A stretch of DNA of 41,993 bases from an uncultured Gammaproteobacteria bacterium (GTDB lineage Bacteria; Patescibacteriota; Patescibacteriia; UBA9934; GWF2-40-263), in contig CAYHDY010000004.1 of the NCBI GenBank assembly GCA_964355525.1, positions 1-41,993 on the forward strand, read 5' to 3'. Each line of letters begins with the position of its first letter. The first letter of the stretch is position 1. The notes under the pieces are model-generated. The model worked only from the letters and a program-made list of their open reading frames with translations. It did no database searches and was not told where the DNA came from. Shown one piece after another: positions 16,089-25,138 of the stretch. The translations under genes were made by a program, and so were the position numbers.

Positions 16089-16526
16089 TTAAGACATCAG
16101 CGTTTTCAAATCCTTCAGAACTTCCTCTGCGTGTTTTTCTGGTTTCACGTCTTCATAAATCTTTACGATCTTTCCTTTTGGATCAATGAGAAACGACGAA
16201 CGATTTGTTCCCATGTATTCTCTTCCCATGAATTTTTTCTTTCCCCAAACACCATAGGCGCGAACGAGTTCTTTATTTTCATCCGGAATGAGCGTAAACG
16301 GCAAATCAAATTTCTTGATGAACTTGTCGTGACTCACACTCGAATCTGTACTCACTCCAAAAACACGCACCCCAAGTTTTTTGAATTTCGGATAGGCATC
16401 GCGAAGCGTACATGCTTCTTTTGTGCATCCGGGTGTATCGTCCTTCGGATAAAAATACAAAAGCGACCAGACACCTTTTGCGTCCGGAGAAAATGCGGGG
16501 GCTTTATCGCCAATCTTGATTTTCAT
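16089..16526 (-). CDS. bcp: thioredoxin-dependent peroxiredoxin (Bcp type)
   Basis: [16 protein letters not shown] peroxidatic Cys motif. The start is set at the internal [10 protein letters not shown]; the track start at 16547 is also possible. Confidence 0.8.
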   Translation of the reverse strand: MKIKIGDKAPAFSPDAKGVWSLLYFYPKDDTPGCTKEACTLRDAYPKFKKLGVRVFGVSTDSSVSHDKFIKKFDLPFTLIPDENKELVRAYGVWGKKKFMGREYMGTNRSSFLIDPKGKIVKIYEDVKPEKHAEEVLKDLKTLMS

Positions 16527-16586
16527 ATTGCGAACATAATAACACAAAACAAAAGCGAGGTCAGAAGACCTCGCTTAAGGATCACA

Positions 16587-16805
16587 TTACATTTTGCACT
16601 TCTTGCAACTCTTTGCGAGCATCGCGAGAGCGGACAATCCGACGAGGACGTAAATGACGCGAACGAGCATTGGCCAAGCTCCGAAGAGGACTTCAACAAG
16701 ATTCCATTGGAACAATCCAACGAGACCCCAGTTTAACGCACCGACCAAAACGAGAACCCACGCGACGCAATGAACATTGCACTTTCCATCTTTGAACATA
16801 GACAA
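16587..16805 (-). CDS. DUF378-family small membrane protein
   Basis: 72 aa. The pattern VGALNWGLVGLFQWNLVEVLFG is typical of DUF378. Confidence 0.7.
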   Translation of the reverse strand: MSMFKDGKCNVHCVAWVLVLVGALNWGLVGLFQWNLVEVLFGAWPMLVRVIYVLVGLSALAMLAKSCKKCKM

Positions 16806-16880
16806 AAGATTAGGAATAATTAAAGAAATGATAGCACATTTTCAAAGAAAGAAGAATCGATAAAAGCGTTCAATTGTTGT

Positions 16881-18221
16881 ATGATGAAAAAAATATCTTT
16901 TCCTATGAATTTCACTTTCGAAAAAACAGCAGGAGTCTCTTCGACAGAATTAAAAAAACAAATAAGCACTCTAAAACCGTTTCGCGAAATGTTGAAGCGT
17001 GTTGTGGATAAACATGACCAGCTCGCGCCAGAATCTTCGATTCTCCTGCCATTTCTCACAGAATCCCACAAAACGATTCTGGCGATGGTCAAAAAATACG
17101 CAACAAAAAAACTGCGATGCGTGGTTGTGATCGGAATCGGCGGATCCAACCTTGGAACAAAGGCTGTGTATGATGCACTGCGTCCGTTCCCCTCTTCGAA
17201 GCATGTATGCGAACTCATCTTCCTCGAAACCGTTTCGACTGTGGCATTGTTATCCACAGTCGATCGTCTTAAATCGTTCAAAGATCCTTCCGCATTTTTA
17301 ATCGTAGCAATCAGCAAGTCCGGAGGAACGACGGAGACGATGGCGAATCTGGAAGCATTGTTGCCAATGTTGGGTCTTGTTTCGAAAATCCAAAAGCGTT
17401 GTGTGGTCATTTCTGATGAAGGTTCGAGATTTTGGATGGCGGCAAAAGAAAAGAAGATTGACTGTCTCGCCATTCCGAAAATGGTCGGAGGTCGTTACAG
17501 CGTGTTCTCGGCCGTGGGATTATTTCCTCTCGCTCTCGTTGGCATCGATATTAAAAAATTACTCGATGGCGCACGGGTGGCCGTCGAAGATGCGCTTTCG
17601 AATGATGTCGTGCGCAATCACTCGATTATGTCGGCATGTGCGACTTATATTCAATCGAAAAATCAGCGAACGATTCATAATTCGTTTTTTTTTGCGCCAG
17701 AATTGGAATCACTCGGAAAGTGGTATCGACAGTTGATGGGCGAATCGATCGGGAAAGAAAAAGATCTCGAAGGCAAGATTGTTCATGCTGGTATTACTCC
17801 GATCGTTTCGATTGGATCAACGGATTTGCATTCAATGGCGCAATTGTATTTCGGCGGGCCGGATGATAAATTCACGAATATTATTAGCGCCCCCTCCCTA
17901 CCTCCCCCTGTTAAGGGGAGGAGAGCGATTGCAGTTCCGAGTCGACTCGCGTTTCCAAATTTGGTCGAACATCTCGAATCAAAAACGTTCGATGAGTTGA
18001 TGCACGCGATTGTTGGCGGGGTGACCGCGACGTATAAAAAATTGAACCGACCGTTCATCTCGATAGAACTTGAACGTATCGATGAGAAAGAACTCGGTGC
18101 GTATTTGCAATTCCGCATGATCGAGATCATGTATCTTGCGCGTCTTTTGAATATCAACGCATTTGATCAACCGAACGTGGAGGATTATAAACGAGAGACG
18201 AAGAAATTGCTGAATGTATGA
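16881..18221 (+). CDS. pgi: glucose-6-phosphate isomerase
   Basis: 446 aa. Motifs GIGGSNLG, ISKSGGTTET, GGRYSV and QPNVE. Confidence 0.85.
   Translation: MMKKISFPMNFTFEKTAGVSSTELKKQISTLKPFREMLKRVVDKHDQLAPESSILLPFLTESHKTILAMVKKYATKKLRCVVVIGIGGSNLGTKAVYDALRPFPSSKHVCELIFLETVSTVALLSTVDRLKSFKDPSAFLIVAISKSGGTTETMANLEALLPMLGLVSKIQKRCVVISDEGSRFWMAAKEKKIDCLAIPKMVGGRYSVFSAVGLFPLALVGIDIKKLLDGARVAVEDALSNDVVRNHSIMSACATYIQSKNQRTIHNSFFFAPELESLGKWYRQLMGESIGKEKDLEGKIVHAGITPIVSIGSTDLHSMAQLYFGGPDDKFTNIISAPSLPPPVKGRRAIAVPSRLAFPNLVEHLESKTFDELMHAIVGGVTATYKKLNRPFISIELERIDEKELGAYLQFRMIEIMYLARLLNINAFDQPNVEDYKRETKKLLNV
17888..17927 (+). repeat. GC-rich hairpin embedded in-frame in pgi
   Basis: GCGCCCCCTCCCTACCTCCCCCTGTTAAGGGGAGGAGAGCG has the stem CCTCCCC/GGGGAGG. 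It resembles DHE hairpin 2 and encodes SAPSLPPPVKGRRA. Confidence 0.6.
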
Positions 18222-20422
18222 AACACAATTCTGTCTTTCGAATCTTCGCAATTCTCGTCAGTGCCTGCTTGTTCATTCCGCTTTTTTTCTACACAGGATT
18301 TCGACAACCATTTCAAGCGACACAAGTCTTGGCATTCTATCTCCTGATCGAAAGCACCTTGCCATTTTATCTTTCACTCATGGTTTCGCGAAACGATCTT
18401 CGACCCAATTGGAAAGATCCAATTCTCCTCTCGTTTTTCGCATACATTGTCGCAATGACCATCTCGGCGATATTCGGCGCAGATCCATGGAACAGTTTTT
18501 TTGGAAATGGAAATCGCATCGACGGAGTGATCTTATGGATACATCTATTTTTATTTTTTCTGTATCTTGTCACACTATTGCGATCGAATGAACAAACACG
18601 ACAAAAAACCATTCGTTTTTTCCTTTCCGTCGCCGGTGTTTGCGGATTGATTGGTTTATTACAGTTCATCCATCTTCTTCCAAACACCGCGCCAGAATTT
18701 GGATCGCGTGCAAGTTCTACCATCGGCAATCCGATTTTCTTCGCAGCAACACTCATCATTCCTTTTTTTCTTTCGATCGGAATGGCAATGCGAGAGAAAA
18801 ATCTGAAATGGAAACGAATCTTTTTTACCATTGCAGCAACAACAGGACTTGGAATCATCGTATCCGGAACGCGCGGTGCGCTTGTTGGCGTCTTTGCCGG
18901 ATGTGTTGTGTGGACGATTGGCTGGTTCGCATCGCGACAAACTGTTTTACATACACGCAAAATCACGGCAATTATTTGCGTGATCATTACCATTCTCATC
19001 GGCGTATTTTTGATTGCGCGTTCTTCGAGTCCTATTGATTCGACGATGTATCACCTCACGCATTTTTCGGACACAAACGTTTCCAATCGACTCGCCTATT
19101 GGAATCTTGCGATCAAAGGCTGGAAGGAAATGCCTTGGCTTGGCGTCGGATATCAAAACTTTTTTGTTGTCGCGGATAAATACTACACAACGGATCTGTA
19201 TGCAGGTGGCGGAACGTGGCCGGATAAACCGCACAATCAACTGCTCGAAGTTCTTGTCACAGGCGGAATACTGACATTTTTCGTCTATCTGGTTTTTTTA
19301 TTTTTTATTCTAAAAAAAATCATTGAACACCCAGAAACAAAAAACGAAATTCCACGCTTATCGTTGATTGCGGCGCTCATTGCCTATCTTGCACAAAATT
19401 TTTTCAGCTTCGACACGATTGTACCGATGATTGTGTTCATCGTTTTTGTTGCGATCATTTGTTCACAAGGAACGGTCGCGATCGTCCCCTACGTGCAAAA
19501 TTCAACAAACCGATTTCGAACTTTTCTTTGGATCACAGCCATTATTCCTGTCACGATATTCTTTGCATTCATCGCTCCGACCGTCCGTCAATTTTATTTC
19601 ACTTCTGCCGCCGAATATGCACCAAATCGTGAACAAGCATTTACGGCACTTGAGGCGATAAGACATCAATCATTTATCTTTGATGTCCGGATGCTGACAC
19701 TTTCTTACAGTTCTCTTTTGAATCATGAACTCGGGAATGCTCAACAGGAAACAGATCTATCACGTCGTATCAGTACTTCCGCCATCGACGTTGCAAAACA
19801 AACGATTGCCCTTCACCCACTGCGCGCAAACGATTGGTATACGTACTCACTGATTCTTTTTCTTGAAGCGAATGCGCAAATAGGATCTGAAAATATCACT
19901 CAGCGTACGAATGACATGATTGAAATTGCAAATCATGCGATCGAACTCGCTCCCGCACGCATCGAGGCACTCGTATCGCTCGCAAACATGTACGAGCTGA
20001 ACGGCGATTCAAAAAAAGCCATCGAACTTTCGGAAAAAGCCGTTGCGGTTGCTCCAAACAATGCGGACGCTCTTTGGACGCTCTCGCTCCTTTATGCGAA
20101 ATCAAACAGATTCGACGAAGCTGCGCCACTTGCAATGAAAAGCATCGAGTACGGCGTAAGTTTAAACAACAGCCAAGCGATCAACTGGCTCATCAATTAT
20201 GAAATTGAACAAAAAAACACGAACGCTGTCGTGTTCCTTTATGAAAAATCCGTGTCTATCGAACCAACGAATTTCGAATTGCTTCCAAAGCTCGCGGCCG
20301 CTTACGCAATGAACCGCGAGTACGATCAAGCGATCACCACCGCGGAAAAATATAAAACAGTGCATCCGGCCGCGGCAGATGGTGTGAATGCGTTTATTCA
20401 GCAGGTTCAACAGTCGAGATAG
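18218..20422 (+). CDS. O-antigen ligase-like (Wzy_C-type) polytopic membrane protein with C-terminal TPR repeats
   Basis: 734 aa with about 12 hydrophobic helices, including the GTRGALVG region. The C-terminal ~250 aa has TPR-like A/L/Y periodicity. Its ATG overlaps the pgi stop by ATGA. Confidence 0.6.
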   Translation: MKHNSVFRIFAILVSACLFIPLFFYTGFRQPFQATQVLAFYLLIESTLPFYLSLMVSRNDLRPNWKDPILLSFFAYIVAMTISAIFGADPWNSFFGNGNRIDGVILWIHLFLFFLYLVTLLRSNEQTRQKTIRFFLSVAGVCGLIGLLQFIHLLPNTAPEFGSRASSTIGNPIFFAATLIIPFFLSIGMAMREKNLKWKRIFFTIAATTGLGIIVSGTRGALVGVFAGCVVWTIGWFASRQTVLHTRKITAIICVIITILIGVFLIARSSSPIDSTMYHLTHFSDTNVSNRLAYWNLAIKGWKEMPWLGVGYQNFFVVADKYYTTDLYAGGGTWPDKPHNQLLEVLVTGGILTFFVYLVFLFFILKKIIEHPETKNEIPRLSLIAALIAYLAQNFFSFDTIVPMIVFIVFVAIICSQGTVAIVPYVQNSTNRFRTFLWITAIIPVTIFFAFIAPTVRQFYFTSAAEYAPNREQAFTALEAIRHQSFIFDVRMLTLSYSSLLNHELGNAQQETDLSRRISTSAIDVAKQTIALHPLRANDWYTYSLILFLEANAQIGSENITQRTNDMIEIANHAIELAPARIEALVSLANMYELNGDSKKAIELSEKAVAVAPNNADALWTLSLLYAKSNRFDEAAPLAMKSIEYGVSLNNSQAINWLINYEIEQKNTNAVVFLYEKSVSIEPTNFELLPKLAAAYAMNREYDQAITTAEKYKTVHPAAADGVNAFIQQVQQSR

Positions 20423-21548
20423 TATTTTGATAAACTTCGACTGTTTGTTTACACATGCGCTCACGAGAAAAATCCGATAGGACTCGATCATACGCCGCGT
20501 CCGCATACATACGAGATGTTTCTGGTTGTGCCTCGAGTTCATCCATCTCTTGCGTTAATCGAACGAGATCACCGGCTTCTATAAGAAGGCCGGTTTTTTT
20601 GTGTATGATCAATTCGGAAACACCACCGACGTCTGTCGCAATGACCGGCACACGAGCAAGTGCGGCTTCGAGAAGAACATACGGGAACCCTTCGAAGAGC
20701 GACGGCAAAACGAACAAATCAAACGCAGGCAACAATGTTGCATCACCGTGCGCAAAGATGACGCGATCACGAATATCGAGATCATTCGCTCGCGCGATCA
20801 ACCGATCATGATCCGGACCTTCGCCAAGAAGACACAACACAGCATTCACGTTTCGACATTTTGAAAATGCTTCGAGCAACATCGCTTGATTCTTCGGATA
20901 AGCGAATCGCCCGAGCGTTCCAATAACGAATGCGTCGAGCGATAACTTGAGTCGCGCGCGTGCGTCTACTCGAGAAAGAAATGCGGGCGATTCGATTCCG
21001 TTATGAATTGTTTGCAGCAACACGAACGGAAATAATTTTTTGACGATTTGAACATCTGCATCGGAAACGCAAATCACAGAATCGGCGGCGCGGAGAGAAA
21101 TGGAAAGATATATTTTATAAATGAATTTCGCAAGAGAATGGAAGCGTGGTCTGGGGACCATATTTATAGCTGAGGGTGAGGAGTCTGCAAGCAGACTAAG
21201 TCCATGGAGGGTGATGACAGATTTGGCTGGGTGAAAAAAAAGTCTGACGATCCATGCACCGAGAAGTGTGTGCGAGCTGTGTAAGTGAACAATGTCGGGT
21301 TGTACGTGCCAGATCAATTGCGAAAGCTGAATTGCAAATCCGAAGAATGCAAACGGATTCCATCCACGTTTCAGAGGAACAAATGTTGTCGCGATTCCCT
21401 CGCGGCGAAGTTCTTCAAAGAGCCATCCAGACGATTCGCCGATCCCGACATGAACGTGATGATTCGATTTTAAACAAACCGCAAGATCGCGCACGTGTTG
21501 TTGCGCTCCGCCGCGTTCTGCTTTTGTGATGACGTAAAGAATGTTCAT
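20394..21548 (-). CDS. GT4-family glycosyltransferase
   Basis: Internal start MNILYVITKAERGGAQQHV overlaps the upstream stop by ATGA. The C-terminal FVLPSLFEGFPYVLLEAALARVPVIATDVGG is the GT4 EX7E region. Confidence 0.8.
   Translation of the reverse strand: MNILYVITKAERGGAQQHVRDLAVCLKSNHHVHVGIGESSGWLFEELRREGIATTFVPLKRGWNPFAFFGFAIQLSQLIWHVQPDIVHLHSSHTLLGAWIVRLFFHPAKSVITLHGLSLLADSSPSAINMVPRPRFHSLAKFIYKIYLSISLRAADSVICVSDADVQIVKKLFPFVLLQTIHNGIESPAFLSRVDARARLKLSLDAFVIGTLGRFAYPKNQAMLLEAFSKCRNVNAVLCLLGEGPDHDRLIARANDLDIRDRVIFAHGDATLLPAFDLFVLPSLFEGFPYVLLEAALARVPVIATDVGGVSELIIHKKTGLLIEAGDLVRLTQEMDELEAQPETSRMYADAAYDRVLSDFSRERMCKQTVEVYQNTISTVEPAE
21144..21175 (+). repeat. 32-nt GC-rich repeat, copy 3 (degenerate, inside the GT4 CDS)
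   Basis: GCGTGGTCTGGGGACCATATTTATAGCTGAGG is read antisense as SAINMVPRPR. The adjacent palindrome AGTCTGCAAGCAGACT lies at 21183-21198. Confidence 0.6.
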
Positions 21549-22444
21549 GTTGTTCGTTTTATAAAACCGACCATCATGCCGAAAGCCGTTTCGAAATGAC
21601 CCACGATAATTTTTCGAAGTATCCAACCGATCGACGACCAAAAAAACCAAACAGCATTCATTGGCGTTTTTATACAAAGAGTCTGAAAAATCATTTTTCG
21701 ATTTTGTTCTTCCTTAAATCCCGACACAAAATCCGATTCTCGACCGGATACACTATGAAAATGATCCGCTTTTGCACTCGGTACAACGAGAAAAAAATAT
21801 CCGTGTTGTTTTGCCCTCAAACAAAAATCAACATCTTCGAGTGCTGTGCGTCCGCCGCTGAATAAGGAAAATCCATTCAATGTTGTTACAAGAGATTTTT
21901 TGTACGAACACACGCCGCCGTGAATATAAAATCCTTTTGTTGTTTGCGTAACAGCATCGTTCCAAACCTGATACCCGACATTCGTCACATCCCATTCTAA
22001 TTTTGATCGCAAACAGAATAACGTATTAAAAACATATTCGAGAAAATTTTTTTGTCTATTGTTTGAAATGACCGCCCCGACTCCGATCAGTTTCGAATCC
22101 TGATTTATCTCCCAAGCACGCATGATGTTTTCAAAAAACAACGGATCAAGAATCAAATCATCATCCAAAATAAAAACGATTTCATTGGATGCGCAATTCA
22201 TTCCTATATTTCGTGAGGATGCGGATCCGCGAAGATCCCTTTTATGATCTTTTTTAAAATACACGAACTGACAATGACGTTCGATCAATGTTTCGCGTAG
22301 ATTTGCTAAAACAGTCTCTGACAAGGCGTCATCATCAACAAGAATTATTTCTTGAGGCATTCGCGACTGTGCAAAAATAGAGTTGACGAGCAATCGCAAA
22401 TCTTTTTCACGTTTATATGTTGGAATGACGACACTGACGTTCAT
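21545..22444 (-). CDS. GT2-family glycosyltransferase
   Basis: MNVSVVIPTYKREKDL...IILVDDDA...ILDDDL motifs. Confidence 0.8.
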   Translation of the reverse strand: MNVSVVIPTYKREKDLRLLVNSIFAQSRMPQEIILVDDDALSETVLANLRETLIERHCQFVYFKKDHKRDLRGSASSRNIGMNCASNEIVFILDDDLILDPLFFENIMRAWEINQDSKLIGVGAVISNNRQKNFLEYVFNTLFCLRSKLEWDVTNVGYQVWNDAVTQTTKGFYIHGGVCSYKKSLVTTLNGFSLFSGGRTALEDVDFCLRAKQHGYFFLVVPSAKADHFHSVSGRESDFVSGFKEEQNRKMIFQTLCIKTPMNAVWFFWSSIGWILRKIIVGHFETAFGMMVGFIKRTT

Positions 22445-23106
22445 ACGGTTCGTTCTTTTTCAAAATCTTTGTTGATGAATAAATAATTCGTAACCTCAAG
22501 CGGTGGTTCATATTCTTTTTTCCAAATACAAATCCACGAAGACGGTAAGATCTGACTCCAGTCATGTGCAAACGCATTTTCCACAGGAACCGTATCGATG
22601 AAAAGAAATCGAACAGGATGTTTTGAAAAAAAATCCTGTAATAACCGTTTCACTTCTTCTGTCGGGATTAAATGTAAAAATTGCAAACAGAGCAAAAAAT
22701 CCATATCGCGAATCCCGCGCTTTTCGACATCAGCAAATGTTCCTTCGGCGAGAGACAAGTTTTGCGACCGATGTAAATATCGACCGGCATCTAAAATATG
22801 TTTGTTCAGATCGAATCCAAACCGATGCCGTGCAGGCGCACAGGCAAGGATTTCCCCGAGTCCGCACCCGATTTCGACAACAAGATCTTCCGGTTTCACC
22901 AACGCCATCAGTATTTTCACAATATCCATGCTGTATGGCTTCGCTTCCTTCGGTAAATAATGCCAGCGCAAACCGTTCGCGTCCGAACAACGATAATGCG
23001 AAAGCAAGATCGGATAAAAAATATACCGTTTGAAAAGAATCACGGGCAACAAATACACACAGTGATTTTCACGAATTCTTTTTAAAATATCCCATTTTCC
23101 ATTCAT
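22441..23106 (-). CDS. class I SAM-dependent methyltransferase
   Basis: Motif I VVEIGCGLGEIL. The start is set at the internal MNGKWDIL, which makes an ATGA overlap with the upstream stop. Confidence 0.65.
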   Translation of the reverse strand: MNGKWDILKRIRENHCVYLLPVILFKRYIFYPILLSHYRCSDANGLRWHYLPKEAKPYSMDIVKILMALVKPEDLVVEIGCGLGEILACAPARHRFGFDLNKHILDAGRYLHRSQNLSLAEGTFADVEKRGIRDMDFLLCLQFLHLIPTEEVKRLLQDFFSKHPVRFLFIDTVPVENAFAHDWSQILPSSWICIWKKEYEPPLEVTNYLFINKDFEKERTV

Positions 23107-24224
23107 ACGAAATCGTTCGTGTGACGACACGATGCAGATAAGATTTTTTGATATTGATTTGCTTGATCTTGCCCGATGTTCCATGCCCGTTTTACCAACT
23201 GTTCTCGATCAAGCGGTTTATCCAATGTTTCGATGATCGCGCGAGCGAGTACATCGGCATCCCCGACCGAAACAAGCGTTCCATACGTTCCGCATTCGAG
23301 AATTTCTGACGGGCCGGTCGGACAATCCGTACTAACAATCTTCATACCGAGTGCAAGAGCTTCCAAGAGAACGGTCGGCAGTCCTTCATGGGAGGAAGAT
23401 AACACAAGGACATTGCTTTGCACCATAAACGGAAACGGATTTGATTTCCAACCGAGAAAAAAAACGTTTCGCGATATATCCAATGTTCGAACCAATCGTT
23501 CACATGCGACTCGTTCATCTCCGTCGCCCACAAGGAGAAGCTGAAGATCTTGGTGATAGGTGTGCACAATGAGCGAAACGGCGCGAAGGAGGATATCAAG
23601 CGATTTTGCTTCTTCGAATCTGCCAACAAAAATGATCGTCTTCTTTGTCGTGTCCCAAATAATTTCTCTTTCATCGATCGGTTCTTTCGCGCGCCGTTGT
23701 ATTTCAGCAACATCAACACCATTCAAAATGACTTCGATTTTTTTCGCTGGCAGACGCAGTCGATTCACCATGAATTGCTTTATGCCAGCCGAAACAACAA
23801 TCGTTTTTTTTGAAAATACACAAACAAAGAACACCTGAACAATCGAAAGAATACTTCGGACATGCATCCCATGATTGACCGAAATGATCGGGACACGCTT
23901 CATGGAAAAATAATTCGCCAAGATCGAAAGCAAACACACATGCACAACGTTTGCCAAAATAAGATCCGGATGAATTTGTCGAAACTGTTTAATGAGTGGG
24001 AAAAAAGTTTCACGCGCATGCGTACCGACAAGCGAATGAAATCGTATTTCATTTGAGAGAATCGACGGTTTTATCGAAATCTCTTTTGTTGAGATGGCAA
24101 TGACATGAATCTCATAGAAATCGACGAGTGCATTTAAAACATGTGTCATCACTGTTTCCGCACCACCAGCTCCGTCCGCGTTCCATGGAATCGTTACAGC
24201 AAGAATGGGTTTGGATACATTCAT
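23103..24224 (-). CDS. GT4-family glycosyltransferase
   Basis: VLSSSHEGLPTVLLEALALGMKIVSTDCPTGPSE is the EX7E region. The start is set at MNVSKPILAV, which makes an ATGA overlap. Confidence 0.8.
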   Translation of the reverse strand: MNVSKPILAVTIPWNADGAGGAETVMTHVLNALVDFYEIHVIAISTKEISIKPSILSNEIRFHSLVGTHARETFFPLIKQFRQIHPDLILANVVHVCLLSILANYFSMKRVPIISVNHGMHVRSILSIVQVFFVCVFSKKTIVVSAGIKQFMVNRLRLPAKKIEVILNGVDVAEIQRRAKEPIDEREIIWDTTKKTIIFVGRFEEAKSLDILLRAVSLIVHTYHQDLQLLLVGDGDERVACERLVRTLDISRNVFFLGWKSNPFPFMVQSNVLVLSSSHEGLPTVLLEALALGMKIVSTDCPTGPSEILECGTYGTLVSVGDADVLARAIIETLDKPLDREQLVKRAWNIGQDQANQYQKILSASCRHTNDFV

Positions 24225-25114
24225 ACGGATTGTTTGATTCGTTTTGAACAATCATTCCACAATCCATGCAACACACTCAATCGCGCACGAAAACTTAAAA
24301 AATCAAAACCCGCAACAACACGTTTTATTTCATACGGATCTGTTTTTGTGTCATTCATCCCATACACAACAGTTGTGGCAGATTCAAATTTCATTCCCTT
24401 CACACGATCCACGATTTCATTCGAATAATCCATTCTCGTTCCAAACGGATATGCGAATATCGCAATCGTCTTCCCAAGTTTTTCTTCAAGAATGCTTTTC
24501 GAAATTCGAATCTCTTCCATCGCATCTTCGACTGAAATATCCGTGAGTCGCGGATGTGAAACGGTATGCGCGCCAATCTCGACGAGCGGATGATTCGCCA
24601 TCTCTTGAAGTTCTCGCCACGACAAAAATTCATGACGTCCCATGTCCGAATATGCCGTCGATTGCATCTGCGGATTTTCAATGAACCCTGTACTGATATA
24701 AAATGTCGCCGGCGTCTCGTATTTTTTCAACAAAGGAAATGCGTTTGTAAAATTATCTTTGAATCCGTCGTCAAACGTGATCACAACAAATCGTCGACCG
24801 TGTTTTTTCGGCAAACGATCGAATCCGTTTTTCAATGCGTCAACGAATGTTGCAAGCGAAATGACATGATAATATCTTTTAAGATATACAAGTTGTTTTT
24901 CGAACTCAATCGGTGGAACCGCCGGCAACTCCCACGACTCTTTCACGATAGCGACACGATGATACAGCAACACAATCACTTTCTCATGACCGCCTTCAAA
25001 AAAAACACGACTTGTCCAGTCGACAAGCTCGGGAAGACGAAAAAAAAGGAGAATAGAAACCAAAAATCGTTTGACCATATCGAAGACGATCCTATCATAC
25101 CCAATTTTTTCCAT
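24221..25114 (-). CDS. polysaccharide deacetylase (NodB homology domain)
   Basis: VVITFDDGFKDNF...GAHTVSHPRL motifs. The start is uncertain (25114 or 25078), because the track start would overlap the divergent gene. Confidence 0.75.
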   Translation of the reverse strand: MEKIGYDRIVFDMVKRFLVSILLFFRLPELVDWTSRVFFEGGHEKVIVLLYHRVAIVKESWELPAVPPIEFEKQLVYLKRYYHVISLATFVDALKNGFDRLPKKHGRRFVVITFDDGFKDNFTNAFPLLKKYETPATFYISTGFIENPQMQSTAYSDMGRHEFLSWRELQEMANHPLVEIGAHTVSHPRLTDISVEDAMEEIRISKSILEEKLGKTIAIFAYPFGTRMDYSNEIVDRVKGMKFESATTVVYGMNDTKTDPYEIKRVVAGFDFLSFRARLSVLHGLWNDCSKRIKQSV

Positions 25115-25138
25115 GTATGATAGAACAAAGTCCAATCT

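Noticed and set aside
16820-17473. ORF of 217 aa on the minus strand.
   Set aside because: It is entirely antisense to pgi, which has unambiguous PGI motifs.
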